From contig JAHFBM010000002.1 in the NCBI GenBank assembly GCA_023250055.1, positions 1-37,334 of the forward strand: a stretch of DNA of 37,334 bases. Reading direction: 5' to 3'. Numbering within the stretch: position 1 is the first letter of the stretch; every line of letters starts with the position of its first letter. Below the pieces are notes generated by a model that was given only the letters and a program-made list of their open reading frames with translations, was not told the DNA's origin and did no database searches. This DNA comes from a bacterium. Lineage in GTDB: Bacteria; Babelota; Babeliae; Babelales; JABDEC01. A program made the position numbers and the translations under genes. Shown in pieces: positions 1 to 9,487 of the stretch.

Positions 1-1
1 A

Positions 2-1900
2 TTTGATGATTTACCAAACATTCTAAATTACACCAAACTTAAACTTACAACCTTCAGTGAACTTTACCTTAGTAGTAGTAGATGGGTTTGCATCTGGTTG
101 AATAGTTTAATTTATCAATATTTTAACAGCTCACCATTCGTATGCCGTTTAATCAATTTAGCTTTTCATACTAGCGCAGGTTTAATTTTATTTTGGTTAT
201 TAACGCACTGGTGGTCACATAGTAAAAACAGCCTAATCAAGCGCAACTGGAACTGGATGGCAACTATAGTCACTGGTACGTTTCTACTACACCCGGTCCA
301 AAGCCAAACTACTTGTTATATTATTCAAGGACAGTTAGAGGGCTTAGCAAGTTTGCTAATTTTAATTTGCTTAGCGCTATACACTCAATATTGCAAGGAG
401 CCTGTTGGGCGACATGGCAATCTAATTACTAAGCTACCCCTAGTCCTCTTACTACTAATCATGCTTACCTTAGCTAGCAGCACCAAAGAGATCGCAATTA
501 TTACACCATTCCTAATTCTACTTTGTGATTGGTTTTGGATAGCTCAAGGTAACTGGATAGAACTTAAGTCGCGCTTTAAACTACACCTAACACTGTTTTT
601 TACTACTAGCGTAATTTATCTATATTATTTAAAATCTCAGTTCTTTATTAATATGCTGCTTGGCAAAGCATCTGTTCAGAGCAGTGTCGGAAATCTGCTA
701 AGCCCCACCGGAGATCTATTTATTTCTCAAACGGAATTTATCCGATCTCAATTTAAGGTCCTGCTGCACTATTTATATATTGCAATCTGGCCTTTTGATA
801 TTTGTATAGAATATGACTGGCAATTGACTCGCTACTGGTCTGATTTTGACTGTCTAGTCCCTGGACTAATTTGGGTTTTAATTAGTATTGGATTAATCAT
901 CTTGTGGCGTAAAAACAACATTCATCCTATTGTTTTTGGTATTTTATGGTTCTTAATATGCACTATCCCCCGCAGCTTGGCACCTTCAGGTGAACTACTT
1001 GTTGATTATAAAGTATATCTAGCAAATATCGGTTGGCTAATGACCTTGAGCTACTTATTAATTTATTTTCTAGACAAATATTTAAAAAGCAGAGTTGCCC
1101 AAATCGCCATTCTAATATTAATTATTACCGGTTGCGCTACCACAACCTGGTATCGTAAATTAGTTTGGAGCAGTCAATTAACTTTCTGGGAAGATGTTAT
1201 TAAAAAGGCCCCCCATAAGGCTCGCGGATTTAATAACTATGGCATGGCCTTAATTGAACAAAATGAACTAGATAAATCAATTTTTTATTTCAAAAAGGCC
1301 CTTAATCTCAACCACTTCAATGGACATCGTGAAACTTTCTTTTGGGATCCATACATTAATTTAGCCAATGTCTATGCCATGCAGAATCAAATTGATCTAG
1401 CAGTTGATCTGATTCGAAAAGGACTAGCTATTAATCCAGAAGTAGCTAATTTACATAATAACTTGGGTGCACTACTAGAATTTCAGGGAAAAAAAGATGA
1501 AGCGATCATTCACCTACACAAAGCAATTCAATTAAAATCCAATAGTGGCCAAGCCATGTGCACTTTAGGTAAAATATATTTAGCCTCTAATCAACCTGAA
1601 CTAGCCTGGCAATGGCTCAAGCGCGCTTGTCAAAGTACCCACATGGACCGTGTTGCTGCCACCTTGCAGATATTTGCTGAAGCAAGCATCAAAACCAAAC
1701 ATTGGACCGATGCCGTCTGGGCCCTAGAAAAACTCCTACTGATCCAACCCAACCATATGGAAAGCTGGCTAAATCTAGGTAGTGTTTATTACTTTAATGG
1801 CGCTAATGAGCGGGCTAAAATCTGCTATAACAAAGCCTCTCAATTAAACCCAAATGACCCGCGGATCAAGCAAATGCTGGTAAAAATGGACTACCAGTAG
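2..1900 (+). CDS. Multi-pass membrane protein with C-terminal TPR repeats, TMTC/PMT-like (GT-C-type glycosyltransferase-like); 5' end probably runs off the window
   Basis: The frame is open from nt 2 (FDDLPNILNYTKLK... lies upstream of the track's TTG at 98), so the gene is likely cut by the window edge. About ten hydrophobic segments are followed by TPR-like units (NNYGMALIEQNELDKSIFYFKKALNLN; ANLHNNLGALLEFQGKKDEAIIHLHKAIQL; WLNLGSVYYFNGANERAKICYNKASQLNP). Confidence 0.7.
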   Translation, partial: FDDLPNILNYTKLKLTTFSELYLSSSRWVCIWLNSLIYQYFNSSPFVCRLINLAFHTSAGLILFWLLTHWWSHSKNSLIKRNWNWMATIVTGTFLLHPVQSQTTCYIIQGQLEGLASLLILICLALYTQYCKEPVGRHGNLITKLPLVLLLLIMLTLASSTKEIAIITPFLILLCDWFWIAQGNWIELKSRFKLHLTLFFTTSVIYLYYLKSQFFINMLLGKASVQSSVGNLLSPTGDLFISQTEFIRSQFKVLLHYLYIAIWPFDICIEYDWQLTRYWSDFDCLVPGLIWVLISIGLIILWRKNNIHPIVFGILWFLICTIPRSLAPSGELLVDYKVYLANIGWLMTLSYLLIYFLDKYLKSRVAQIAILILIITGCATTTWYRKLVWSSQLTFWEDVIKKAPHKARGFNNYGMALIEQNELDKSIFYFKKALNLNHFNGHRETFFWDPYINLANVYAMQNQIDLAVDLIRKGLAINPEVANLHNNLGALLEFQGKKDEAIIHLHKAIQLKSNSGQAMCTLGKIYLASNQPELAWQWLKRACQSTHMDRVAATLQIFAEASIKTKHWTDAVWALEKLLLIQPNHMESWLNLGSVYYFNGANERAKICYNKASQLNPNDPRIKQMLVKMDYQ

Positions 1901-1960
1901 AGGATGCCATATTTCGAGTACCCTAACTATTGATAGCCCATTAATTAACCAACAAATCGC

Positions 1961-2272
1961 TTAAACCCCGCTGGCTGTTTTCACATCGCCTGCAAACTTA
2001 GCAAAATCAGCTGCCATCTGCAGCTGTAAATTCACACAAACACCAGAACCGCAGTAATGATTAATTTTATTAGCCAAATCCATAGACGACATGTTTTGCA
2101 TTTCTGCTAATGTAATTGAATACCAAGCTTGTCGCATAGCTGCTGTCCTTGCCAGTAATACAAAATATATTTCTTGATTATCTAATTTTAAAAATTCCTG
2201 TGCGATCGCAACCCCGACAGGTCTGAGCAAAGTAGTCTGCATTACCAATCGGAGCAACTCTGCCCCAGCCAC
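1961..2272 (-). CDS. Hypothetical small protein
   Basis: It is the only sizeable ORF in the 490-bp gap between the TPR gene and valS. No recognisable motif. The start is uncertain (GTG at 2272 or an internal Met). Confidence 0.3.
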   Translation of the reverse strand: MAGAELLRLVMQTTLLRPVGVAIAQEFLKLDNQEIYFVLLARTAAMRQAWYSITLAEMQNMSSMDLANKINHYCGSGVCVNLQLQMAADFAKFAGDVKTASGV

Positions 2273-2391
2273 CCCATTTAGTTGGTCCAGCCCCGAAAGT
2301 TAGTCAAAAATCCACCATTGATCAACCATGCAACTTTGACCCTTTAACCAATTCTGCTTAAACTAGATATGTTGGATAAATTTTATTTTAA

Positions 2392-4869
2392 ATGTTTAGG
2401 GTGGTTTTAATGGATAAAAAATATGATAGCCAGAGCATGGAGCTCCAACTTCAGCAGAAATGGGCGCGTGAAAAAACCTATCAAACAAAGCCAAACCAAC
2501 CCATCTATAACATTGATACGCCACCACCAACTGTCTCTGGATCACTCCACATTGGCCATATTTTTTCCTACACCCAAACTGATGTTCTAGCTCGCTTTCA
2601 ACGATTAATGGGCCATAATGTATTTTACCCATTTGGCTTTGATGATAATGGATTGGCAACTGAACGCTTCGTCGAAAAAAAACTTAAAATTAAGGGGCAC
2701 CAGCTGCCCAGATCTGAGTTTATTGCCAAATGCTTAGCTGAAAGTCATGCCGCAGCCGACCAGTTTAAACAGCTCTGGAAAAGCATGGGTCTATCCGCCA
2801 ACTTAGATCAGACTTACTCTACAATTTCAAATCAAACCCGTAAAATCTCCCAGAGTTCATTTATTGAATTATACGAGAAAGGCTTTGTGTATCGCAAAAA
2901 TGAACCTGCACTATACTGCTCTAACTGTCGTACATCTGTTGCCCAGGCCGAACTAGATGATCAAGAACAACCCGGAACGTTTAATGATCTAATCTTCAAG
3001 ACCACAATTGATACTGAAGTTGTAATTAGCACAACTAGGCCCGAACTACTCTCCTCCTGCGTTGCTTTGCTATTTAATCCCAAAGATTTGCGATATCAGT
3101 ATTTAAAAAATCAGATGGCCATCGTGCCTATTTTCCAAAACGTTGTACCAATCTTATCCGATGAAACGGTTGACCCTGAAAAAGGCACAGGCTTAGTTAT
3201 GTGCTGCACCTTCGGAGACAAGCATGATATTGAATGGTTCAAAAAGTTTAATCTACCCTATCGTCAATCCATTGGCTTTAATGGCAAATGGCTAGATCAT
3301 ACTGGACTTCTAGCAGGATTAGGATTTAAAGAGGCCCGTACAACTATTTTAGAACAACTCAAAATCGATGGTTGCCTAAAGGCACAACGCCCTATCACTC
3401 ATAACGTGAATGTCCATGAACGCTGTAAAAATGAAATTGAATATTTATCATTACCACAATGGTATATTCGTGTTTTAGACTATAAAAAAGAGTTGATCGA
3501 TCAAGTTAATCAGATTAATTGGCATCCAGCCTTTATGAAGACCCGTTGTATTAATTGGATTGAAAATTTAAGTTGGGACTGGGGCATATCTAGACAACGC
3601 TTTTATGGAATTCCGTTTCCAGTTTGGCATTGTCAAGATTGTCAGCAAGTTATTATTGCCAATCCAGAACAGCTTCCAATCGATCCCCAAGAGACCGCTC
3701 ATCAAGCGCCTTGTCCAAATTGTAATAGCTCTAAAATTATTCCTGAAACAGATATCATGGATACTTGGAACACATCTTCCATTACCCCCCAAGTCTGTTT
3801 TAATTTATGGTCTAATGGTCAAGATCCATTTGCAGAGTCTACTGATATTGAAAAGTTCTTACCAATGAGCATGCGCGCTCAAGCACATGATATTATTCGC
3901 ACCTGGGCCTTCTATACCATTACCAAATCATGGATGCATCACGGCTTGATTCCATGGCGTGAAATTGTAATTTCAGGACATGTTTTAAGCTCTGAAAAGG
4001 AAAAAATATCTAAATCAAAGGAGAACTGCAAAGTTTCACCTGAAATACTTTTAACTCAGTTCCCAGCTGATGCAATTCGCTACTGGGCTTCTGCTAGCAA
4101 CTTGGGATATGATACTGCATTCTCTGAAGGTCAAATTAAAGTTGGTTGTAAATTAATCACCAAACTTTGGAATGCATTTATTTTCATCAAAGGACATTTA
4201 GATACACATCAAGTTCCTATAAACCAACCTACTGAATTAGGACTAGTTAATGAATGGATCCTAACCAGTGCCAGTGAATGCTTTGAGCAATACCAGAGCT
4301 ATTTAAATAAGCATGAATTTGGACATGCCCTGACTACCGTCGAAAAGTTTTTTTGGAATGATTTCTGTGACAATTATTTAGAATTAATTAAAAACCAGCT
4401 ATTCAATCCCGATAACTATCAAGGGAGTGAGGTTTCAGCAACTATTTGGACATTGCAACATGTTGGATTAAGAATTTTACAACTGTATAGCCCATACTTA
4501 CCACACATTACTGATGCCATTTATACCGAAATTTATCAAGTCAAAGTTGGAATTAATTCCATTCACATTACCAATTATGACAAGATTCAAAACAAATATA
4601 ACTTTACAGAATCAGCTAGTTTAATGAACCATATCATCACAGTTATCACAAACATTCGACGTTTGAAAAGTGAAAATCAACTGTCTCTAAAAACAGAACT
4701 TGAAGTTCTTACAATTCATTGCAATGCCGATTTAGCACAAACCTTAAGTCAACATGAACAGTTAATAAAGGGTATTTCACATGCCAAATCAATTACTTAT
4801 AGTCATGCAACGGGAATAAGCATCTTGAAACTTGAAAATGAACAATATTTTGCAGCTATAACTTTATAG
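2392..4869 (+). CDS. valS: Valine--tRNA ligase (class I aaRS), short form with no obvious C-terminal coiled-coil
   Basis: HIGH region TPPPTVSGSLHIGH, KMSKS-like KISKSK, WGISRQRFYGIPFPVW and DTWNTSS blocks. An alternative start is ATG 2410 (MDKKYDSQ...). Confidence 0.85.
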   Translation: MFRVVLMDKKYDSQSMELQLQQKWAREKTYQTKPNQPIYNIDTPPPTVSGSLHIGHIFSYTQTDVLARFQRLMGHNVFYPFGFDDNGLATERFVEKKLKIKGHQLPRSEFIAKCLAESHAAADQFKQLWKSMGLSANLDQTYSTISNQTRKISQSSFIELYEKGFVYRKNEPALYCSNCRTSVAQAELDDQEQPGTFNDLIFKTTIDTEVVISTTRPELLSSCVALLFNPKDLRYQYLKNQMAIVPIFQNVVPILSDETVDPEKGTGLVMCCTFGDKHDIEWFKKFNLPYRQSIGFNGKWLDHTGLLAGLGFKEARTTILEQLKIDGCLKAQRPITHNVNVHERCKNEIEYLSLPQWYIRVLDYKKELIDQVNQINWHPAFMKTRCINWIENLSWDWGISRQRFYGIPFPVWHCQDCQQVIIANPEQLPIDPQETAHQAPCPNCNSSKIIPETDIMDTWNTSSITPQVCFNLWSNGQDPFAESTDIEKFLPMSMRAQAHDIIRTWAFYTITKSWMHHGLIPWREIVISGHVLSSEKEKISKSKENCKVSPEILLTQFPADAIRYWASASNLGYDTAFSEGQIKVGCKLITKLWNAFIFIKGHLDTHQVPINQPTELGLVNEWILTSASECFEQYQSYLNKHEFGHALTTVEKFFWNDFCDNYLELIKNQLFNPDNYQGSEVSATIWTLQHVGLRILQLYSPYLPHITDAIYTEIYQVKVGINSIHITNYDKIQNKYNFTESASLMNHIITVITNIRRLKSENQLSLKTELEVLTIHCNADLAQTLSQHEQLIKGISHAKSITYSHATGISILKLENEQYFAAITL

Positions 4870-4878
4870 GATTCCCAC

Positions 4879-5754
4879 ATGCAATTTCTTAACCCATGCA
4901 ATGATGTTGCCTTTAAAAAAATTTTTGGATCAGAAGAACATAAAAGCGTTACCATCTCGTTTTTAAATTCAATCTTAGAATACACAGGTGATCAGCAAAT
5001 TACCGATGTTCAATTTTTAAATACTGAACAAAAAGGAGTTATGCCTGACAAAAAAGATAACATCTTAGATATTTTATGCACAGATCAATCTGGCAATAAA
5101 TACATTGTCGAAGTTCAAGTAGCTGGTTTAGAAGAATTTGACAAGCGCATCATTTTTTACGGTGCAAAAACTTATGTTATGCAGCTAGGTGCTACTCAAT
5201 CATATCGCACCCTAAATCCAGTAGTAGCTATTTCTGTACTTAATTTCACTTATTTTAAAGACAAACCTGACTATAAATCAATTCACTTATTGTTGGATAA
5301 AAAAACTCATACACATGATCTAAAAGAGCTATCCTTTGCTTTTATTGAGCTCCCTAAATTTAATAAGCAAGAACATGAGCTAATCTCCAATGAAGACAAG
5401 TGGATCTATTTCCTAAAAAACATTCGCAAAGAACAACAAATTCCAGCTCCACTAAATAACAATGAATTTAAGGCGGCTTGCCAGGCTGCCAATCGAATGA
5501 CCTGGACTGAAGTCGAATATAATGCCTATGAAAATGCCATTATCGCAGCAGATGATGCAATTGGTAAAATTAATTTTGCTTTAAAAGAAGGTCTAGAAAA
5601 GGGTAGAGAAGAAGGTCTAGAAAAGGGTAGAGAAGAGGGCAAACTAGCTGTGATTAAAGAACTTTTAGATGCAGGTAATCTTAGCATTGAGGCTATTGCT
5701 AAGGCAACCGGCTTTACCATAGACCGAATAAATCAAATTAAGAAGAACCTATGA
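4879..5754 (+). CDS. Rpn/YhgA-like PD-(D/E)XK nuclease (recombination-promoting nuclease / putative transposase family)
   Basis: N-terminus MQFLNPCNDVAFKKIFG..., and a D...ILDILCTDQSGNKYIVEVQV block typical of the PDDEXK_2/YhgA family. It starts 9 nt after the valS stop, and its stop overlaps the ybeY start (ATGA at 5751-5754). Confidence 0.75.
   Translation: MQFLNPCNDVAFKKIFGSEEHKSVTISFLNSILEYTGDQQITDVQFLNTEQKGVMPDKKDNILDILCTDQSGNKYIVEVQVAGLEEFDKRIIFYGAKTYVMQLGATQSYRTLNPVVAISVLNFTYFKDKPDYKSIHLLLDKKTHTHDLKELSFAFIELPKFNKQEHELISNEDKWIYFLKNIRKEQQIPAPLNNNEFKAACQAANRMTWTEVEYNAYENAIIAADDAIGKINFALKEGLEKGREEGLEKGREEGKLAVIKELLDAGNLSIEAIAKATGFTIDRINQIKKNL
5587..5634 (+). repeat. Perfect 24-bp tandem duplication (x2) inside the Rpn-like CDS, encoding EGLEKGRE twice
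   Basis: gaaggtctagaaaagggtagagaa occurs at 5587-5610 and again at 5611-5634. Confidence 0.95.
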
Positions 5755-6236
5755 TCAATATCAACAATAAACAAACAGCTCCAATTGATTTGACGCAGCT
5801 CAAAGCTGATGCTGAAACTATTTTAAAAGCTTTAGACTATAGTAACTTTGATCTAGGAATCTTAATTGCAAATCTCAAAGACATGCATGAATACAACTTA
5901 AATTATCGCCAACAAGATAAGCCCACCGATATTTTATCTTTTCCATACCACCCTGATTTGAAGGCTGGTGAAAGAATTGTTACAGACATTAATGATGACA
6001 AAGATCTAGGTGATATCATACTTTGCCCACAGTATATCTTAGATGATTTGCCACGCTGGGAAATAAATTATCAGAAAAGATTGCAAATTTTGCTTGTACA
6101 TGGCATCTGTCATCTGCTAGGATATGACCACATTGAAGATGCAGATTATGAAATCATGAAACAACAAGAGGAGCTGCTACTAGCTGTGCTAGAACAAGCA
6201 AACCAACGAACATGTCTAGAGCAAGAGCATATTTAA
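5751..6236 (+). CDS. ybeY: Endoribonuclease YbeY (rRNA maturation factor)
   Basis: Zinc-binding motif HGICHLLGYDH. The size (161 aa) is typical for the family. Confidence 0.9.
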   Translation: MININNKQTAPIDLTQLKADAETILKALDYSNFDLGILIANLKDMHEYNLNYRQQDKPTDILSFPYHPDLKAGERIVTDINDDKDLGDIILCPQYILDDLPRWEINYQKRLQILLVHGICHLLGYDHIEDADYEIMKQQEELLLAVLEQANQRTCLEQEHI

Positions 6237-6856
6237 TTTATTGCATACTATTTAGCTGCCAAGACAACTTGACAGCTAAACCCTGCCCCACTAATAACAG
6301 TCCTCAAATTTATAACACCGTAACTAATATTCAAGTTAATGGCTTTGATTTACCAAAACTACTTCAAGATGTTCTGCATCAGAACTCACAACATGGCTAT
6401 GAATGGCTCAAGGACCATCAAACTGCCTGCGCTGGAGTTGGTGCATCTGCGGTCTACTTAACAATTGCCAAGCGAGTTTGGGACGGCAAAACAATGCTCT
6501 TGGCCTCCAACAACTGGTGCAACTGGAAAAGTGACGTACCCCTAGTCAATTTATTAGGAGTGCCGGCGCGCAGTTTATATCAAGAACTACACTATGCTAT
6601 TATTAATAAGTACGCTAATAATAGCCAGGCTGACCTGCTAGCACCGCTTGTCCAATTTAGTCATGATTTAAATTTAGAATTAAAGACACTAGACTCTTTC
6701 TATCAAATCGGACTTTGGACATCTAAGCTTAAACTGTCTTGGATCTTCTGGATTAGCGCCAAAAACATCTCTGACACACAAGAAAAAATTGCCCGCCTAA
6801 CTTACTTTAAAACACTGATTAATGATTCAATTCGCATCCAACAAGTAATCAACTAG
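6212..6856 (+). CDS. Hypothetical protein, possible lipoprotein or secreted protein
   Basis: Short basic and hydrophobic N-terminus MSRARAYLIYCILFSC (weak lipobox), with one further hydrophobic segment. No recognised domain. Overlaps the ybeY end by 25 nt. Confidence 0.4.
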   Translation: MSRARAYLIYCILFSCQDNLTAKPCPTNNSPQIYNTVTNIQVNGFDLPKLLQDVLHQNSQHGYEWLKDHQTACAGVGASAVYLTIAKRVWDGKTMLLASNNWCNWKSDVPLVNLLGVPARSLYQELHYAIINKYANNSQADLLAPLVQFSHDLNLELKTLDSFYQIGLWTSKLKLSWIFWISAKNISDTQEKIARLTYFKTLINDSIRIQQVIN

Positions 6857-6862
6857 ATTTAC

Positions 6863-6911
6863 AAAGGAGAATGGATTGCCACGTCGCCCAAGAAGGCTCC
6901 TCGCAAAGACG
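6863..6911 (-). repeat. GC-rich hairpin repeat, copy A (X module only)
   Basis: The reverse complement reads cgtctTTGCGAGGAGccttcttgGGCGACGTGGCAATCcattctccttt. The same core and flanks occur at 13855-13919, and the same core occurs at 17834-17868 and 29484-29518. Confidence 0.9.
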
Positions 6912-6952
6912 ATCAAGCTCGCGTTATCTTAAATCGAATTAGCGCTTGAATA

Positions 6953-8317
6953 TCATTTAGGCAAGCTAAACTTACCCAACAGTAACTTCAAGTCGTCATC
7001 GCCAAATCTAATGCCAAGACCAAAGAACGGATTGACACTGTGTTGACTAATAAAATCATCTAGCCCAAAAGTTAAATAAACATGCTTCCACAAAAATAAT
7101 CTGTTCATCCATTTCAAATGTGGCCGGCGATCATCCAAACGAGATTGACCACGAAAGTCAAACATCTCTAATGTTGTCACCCAACGAATATTATCTGAAT
7201 TTAATGGAATATTATAGTCTGCGCCTAAACCAAATGATCCTTCAAAAACCCCAAAACGGACTGCTAAGTCATCAAAAATCCGACCAATTTGATAGCTATA
7301 GCGTACAGTATTGCGCCTAACTTTAGTTTGCTGCACACGATATGGCTGCAGGGCATACCCTGAGTCAGTAATTAAATTATCTAAATCTAGTAAGTTGTTT
7401 TTAGTATCATAATAGTTAGTATATATATCTTGGCGATCGACCACATACCCCTTCTCTGATCCAATTAGCTGCAATAGATAAAACCAATCTGGACTAGTAT
7501 GCAAGCGCAAGCCAAAATAACCCTTAGACTCTGAGTGTAAATAGTTATCTGATGGTCGCATCATTGTTTCAAAGTGCGAGTCAACCACCACGCCTAACTT
7601 TTGATAAAATTCAGAAGTTTGCCTTAGATTATGCGCTACAGTTTTAATATCAGAATAAACATCATCTTGATTAACAATCTTACCAAGCAAACCATCTCCA
7701 CGATCGATTTTGTCAGTAATTGACTGAATCGTATCAAGGTTTTGCTGCGTACATGCCACAACTCGCTGCAAATCAGCGCTAACTGGCACAGCTCTTTCAG
7801 CCAGTAAATTTAAGTTCTGAATCAACAAGTTAATCTGTTGTTTGTTGTCAGCAATCAATTGTGTCATTTGTACAATAGCATGATCAACTTTATGAGCTAA
7901 ATTATTAACCAGAACCGGTTCCCGACCAATGTTTATTAAAACTGATCCAGCTGACAATACGCCATGCAGCTCTGATCCTGGCCGCAACTCTAAATATTTT
8001 GCACCTAATATACTTTCTTGATGGATTTCAACTTGAGCATCTCGATATAACTTATAGTGAGCATTAATCATCAGACTAGCTTCAGCCTGATTAGTTAATT
8101 GATTTAAAGCCACACACTCCACCCAACCAACCTTCACACCAGCAATTTTAACATCAGCTTGCTTGGTTAATCCTGAAGCATCTTGAAAGCAAACTATGTA
8201 ATGATCATGCTTACGAATATGCCATTCAATTGCACCCAGATAAAGTGCTGCATAAATTAACACAGCTATCGCTATTAATACAAAAAAGCCCACTTTAGTT
8301 TCAGTTTTAATCTGCAA
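6953..8317 (-). CDS. MCE/MlaD-domain protein, long form (N-terminal TM helix, MCE domain, helical linker, beta-rich C-terminal domain)
   Basis: N-terminus TKVGFFVLIAIAVLIYAALYLG. MCE block FQDASGLTKQADVKIAGVKVGWV...ILGAKYLELRPGS. About 100 aa of Q/L/N-rich helix-like sequence. The C-terminal ~200 aa has alternating aromatic/hydrophobic strand-like segments (FGLRLHTS, FGVFEGSFGLGADYNIPL, VYLTFGLDDF, FFGLGIRFG). Confidence 0.75.
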   Translation of the reverse strand: MQIKTETKVGFFVLIAIAVLIYAALYLGAIEWHIRKHDHYIVCFQDASGLTKQADVKIAGVKVGWVECVALNQLTNQAEASLMINAHYKLYRDAQVEIHQESILGAKYLELRPGSELHGVLSAGSVLINIGREPVLVNNLAHKVDHAIVQMTQLIADNKQQINLLIQNLNLLAERAVPVSADLQRVVACTQQNLDTIQSITDKIDRGDGLLGKIVNQDDVYSDIKTVAHNLRQTSEFYQKLGVVVDSHFETMMRPSDNYLHSESKGYFGLRLHTSPDWFYLLQLIGSEKGYVVDRQDIYTNYYDTKNNLLDLDNLITDSGYALQPYRVQQTKVRRNTVRYSYQIGRIFDDLAVRFGVFEGSFGLGADYNIPLNSDNIRWVTTLEMFDFRGQSRLDDRRPHLKWMNRLFLWKHVYLTFGLDDFISQHSVNPFFGLGIRFGDDDLKLLLGKFSLPK

Positions 8318-8347
8318 AATAAATTACACAATCTTAGTTTGTTCTTT

Positions 8348-9487
8348 TTAAATCCAATATAATTTTTCTATCTTATATTGGATACCAGCTTTATTTTTAG
8401 GCTGCTTTTTAATAATTGCATAAACTCGCTGCACAACCTGACCAACTTGGCCCTGTGCTATAACTGAAAAAAACTGCGGGTTAAAGCGATTATCAAAAAA
8501 TGCAACTAAGTCATTTGGTACATTGCTTAAATCTGAACTATATACCAAACCCAAAGTTTTGCCCCACTCACTTAGCCAATTTGTCTGTGGTTGAAACTGC
8601 TTAGTCCACTCTGCTACTGCCTGCTCTCGCTTTATTATATCATCAGACACCGCTCTTGAAAAGCCCAATCCAGCTAAAATAGAATCTGAAAACAACCAGG
8701 GCTGAAGGTCTGAGGACCGGCCATAAGTTGTAAAAAGATCTGTTAAATAAATTGGACGATGCAATTGCACACTATCCTCTTCAGAATCAACTGGCGGAAC
8801 ATAGAAAACATAATTTTGAAAGTACTTCCAGCTCGGCAATATTAATAGCTCTGTAATATCATAAAGGGGTTGCTGGCGCTCAGCCAAAAACCTTTCCAAA
8901 TCACGCATCATGACCTTAGGATCAACCTGATCTTTAGTTAAGGCAGCTAACTTATTAAAAATATAATTTAAAGCTAGCACAGTTCCAGAATCCTCTGACT
9001 CACTGCCAGGCGCAGGCTTTACAGCTCCCTTAAATTCATGCTTTGTAAAATCATACCACTGATTTAAATTAATTTTACCTTCTTCACAAGACAGGCAAAT
9101 CTTAATTTCGCCATCCAAACCATCAATTGATTCCTGCAACTGCACCTTATCCCAACGATTTAAACCTGGCAAAATTCGCTCTAAAAAAACAGCTTGTGGT
9201 GGACGCTTCACGCTCTCGATCGACTCATCAGTAGATACATTTTTAGACTCTTTGGGTCCAGACAAGCGACTAATTGCCATCTGCACGCCTCCCAATGCCA
9301 ACATTTTTGCCTTCTCGCGCTTCACAACTAAATCTGCGACCGGGACATATCCGGTAACCTGATAATATAACTTAGTGATTATAGCTGTACCAAGCGCCAT
9401 CATCATTAACGTTAAAATTAGAATGTAACCAGATTGAGATGTACCGCCCAGCAATTTGAAATTCTTATGTTTACGCATTTTTTTCAC
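8348..9487 (-). CDS. gspK: Type II secretion minor pseudopilin GspK-like
   Basis: The hydrophobic N-terminus SGYILILTLMMMALGTAII lacks Glu+5, as GspK does. It has an EEGKINLNQ motif similar to the GspK E-x-G-K-x-N-x-N block. It is the last gene of the pseudopilin operon and overlaps the upstream gene by 4 nt. Confidence 0.6.
   Translation of the reverse strand: MKKMRKHKNFKLLGGTSQSGYILILTLMMMALGTAIITKLYYQVTGYVPVADLVVKREKAKMLALGGVQMAISRLSGPKESKNVSTDESIESVKRPPQAVFLERILPGLNRWDKVQLQESIDGLDGEIKICLSCEEGKINLNQWYDFTKHEFKGAVKPAPGSESEDSGTVLALNYIFNKLAALTKDQVDPKVMMRDLERFLAERQQPLYDITELLILPSWKYFQNYVFYVPPVDSEEDSVQLHRPIYLTDLFTTYGRSSDLQPWLFSDSILAGLGFSRAVSDDIIKREQAVAEWTKQFQPQTNWLSEWGKTLGLVYSSDLSNVPNDLVAFFDNRFNPQFFSVIAQGQVGQVVQRVYAIIKKQPKNKAGIQYKIEKLYWI

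Noticed and set aside
2396-3868. Track ORFs overlapping valS (2396-2659 minus, 3568-3792 minus, 3605-3868 plus in another frame).
   Set aside because: They are embedded in a well-supported aaRS gene and their translations have no motifs or plausible starts.
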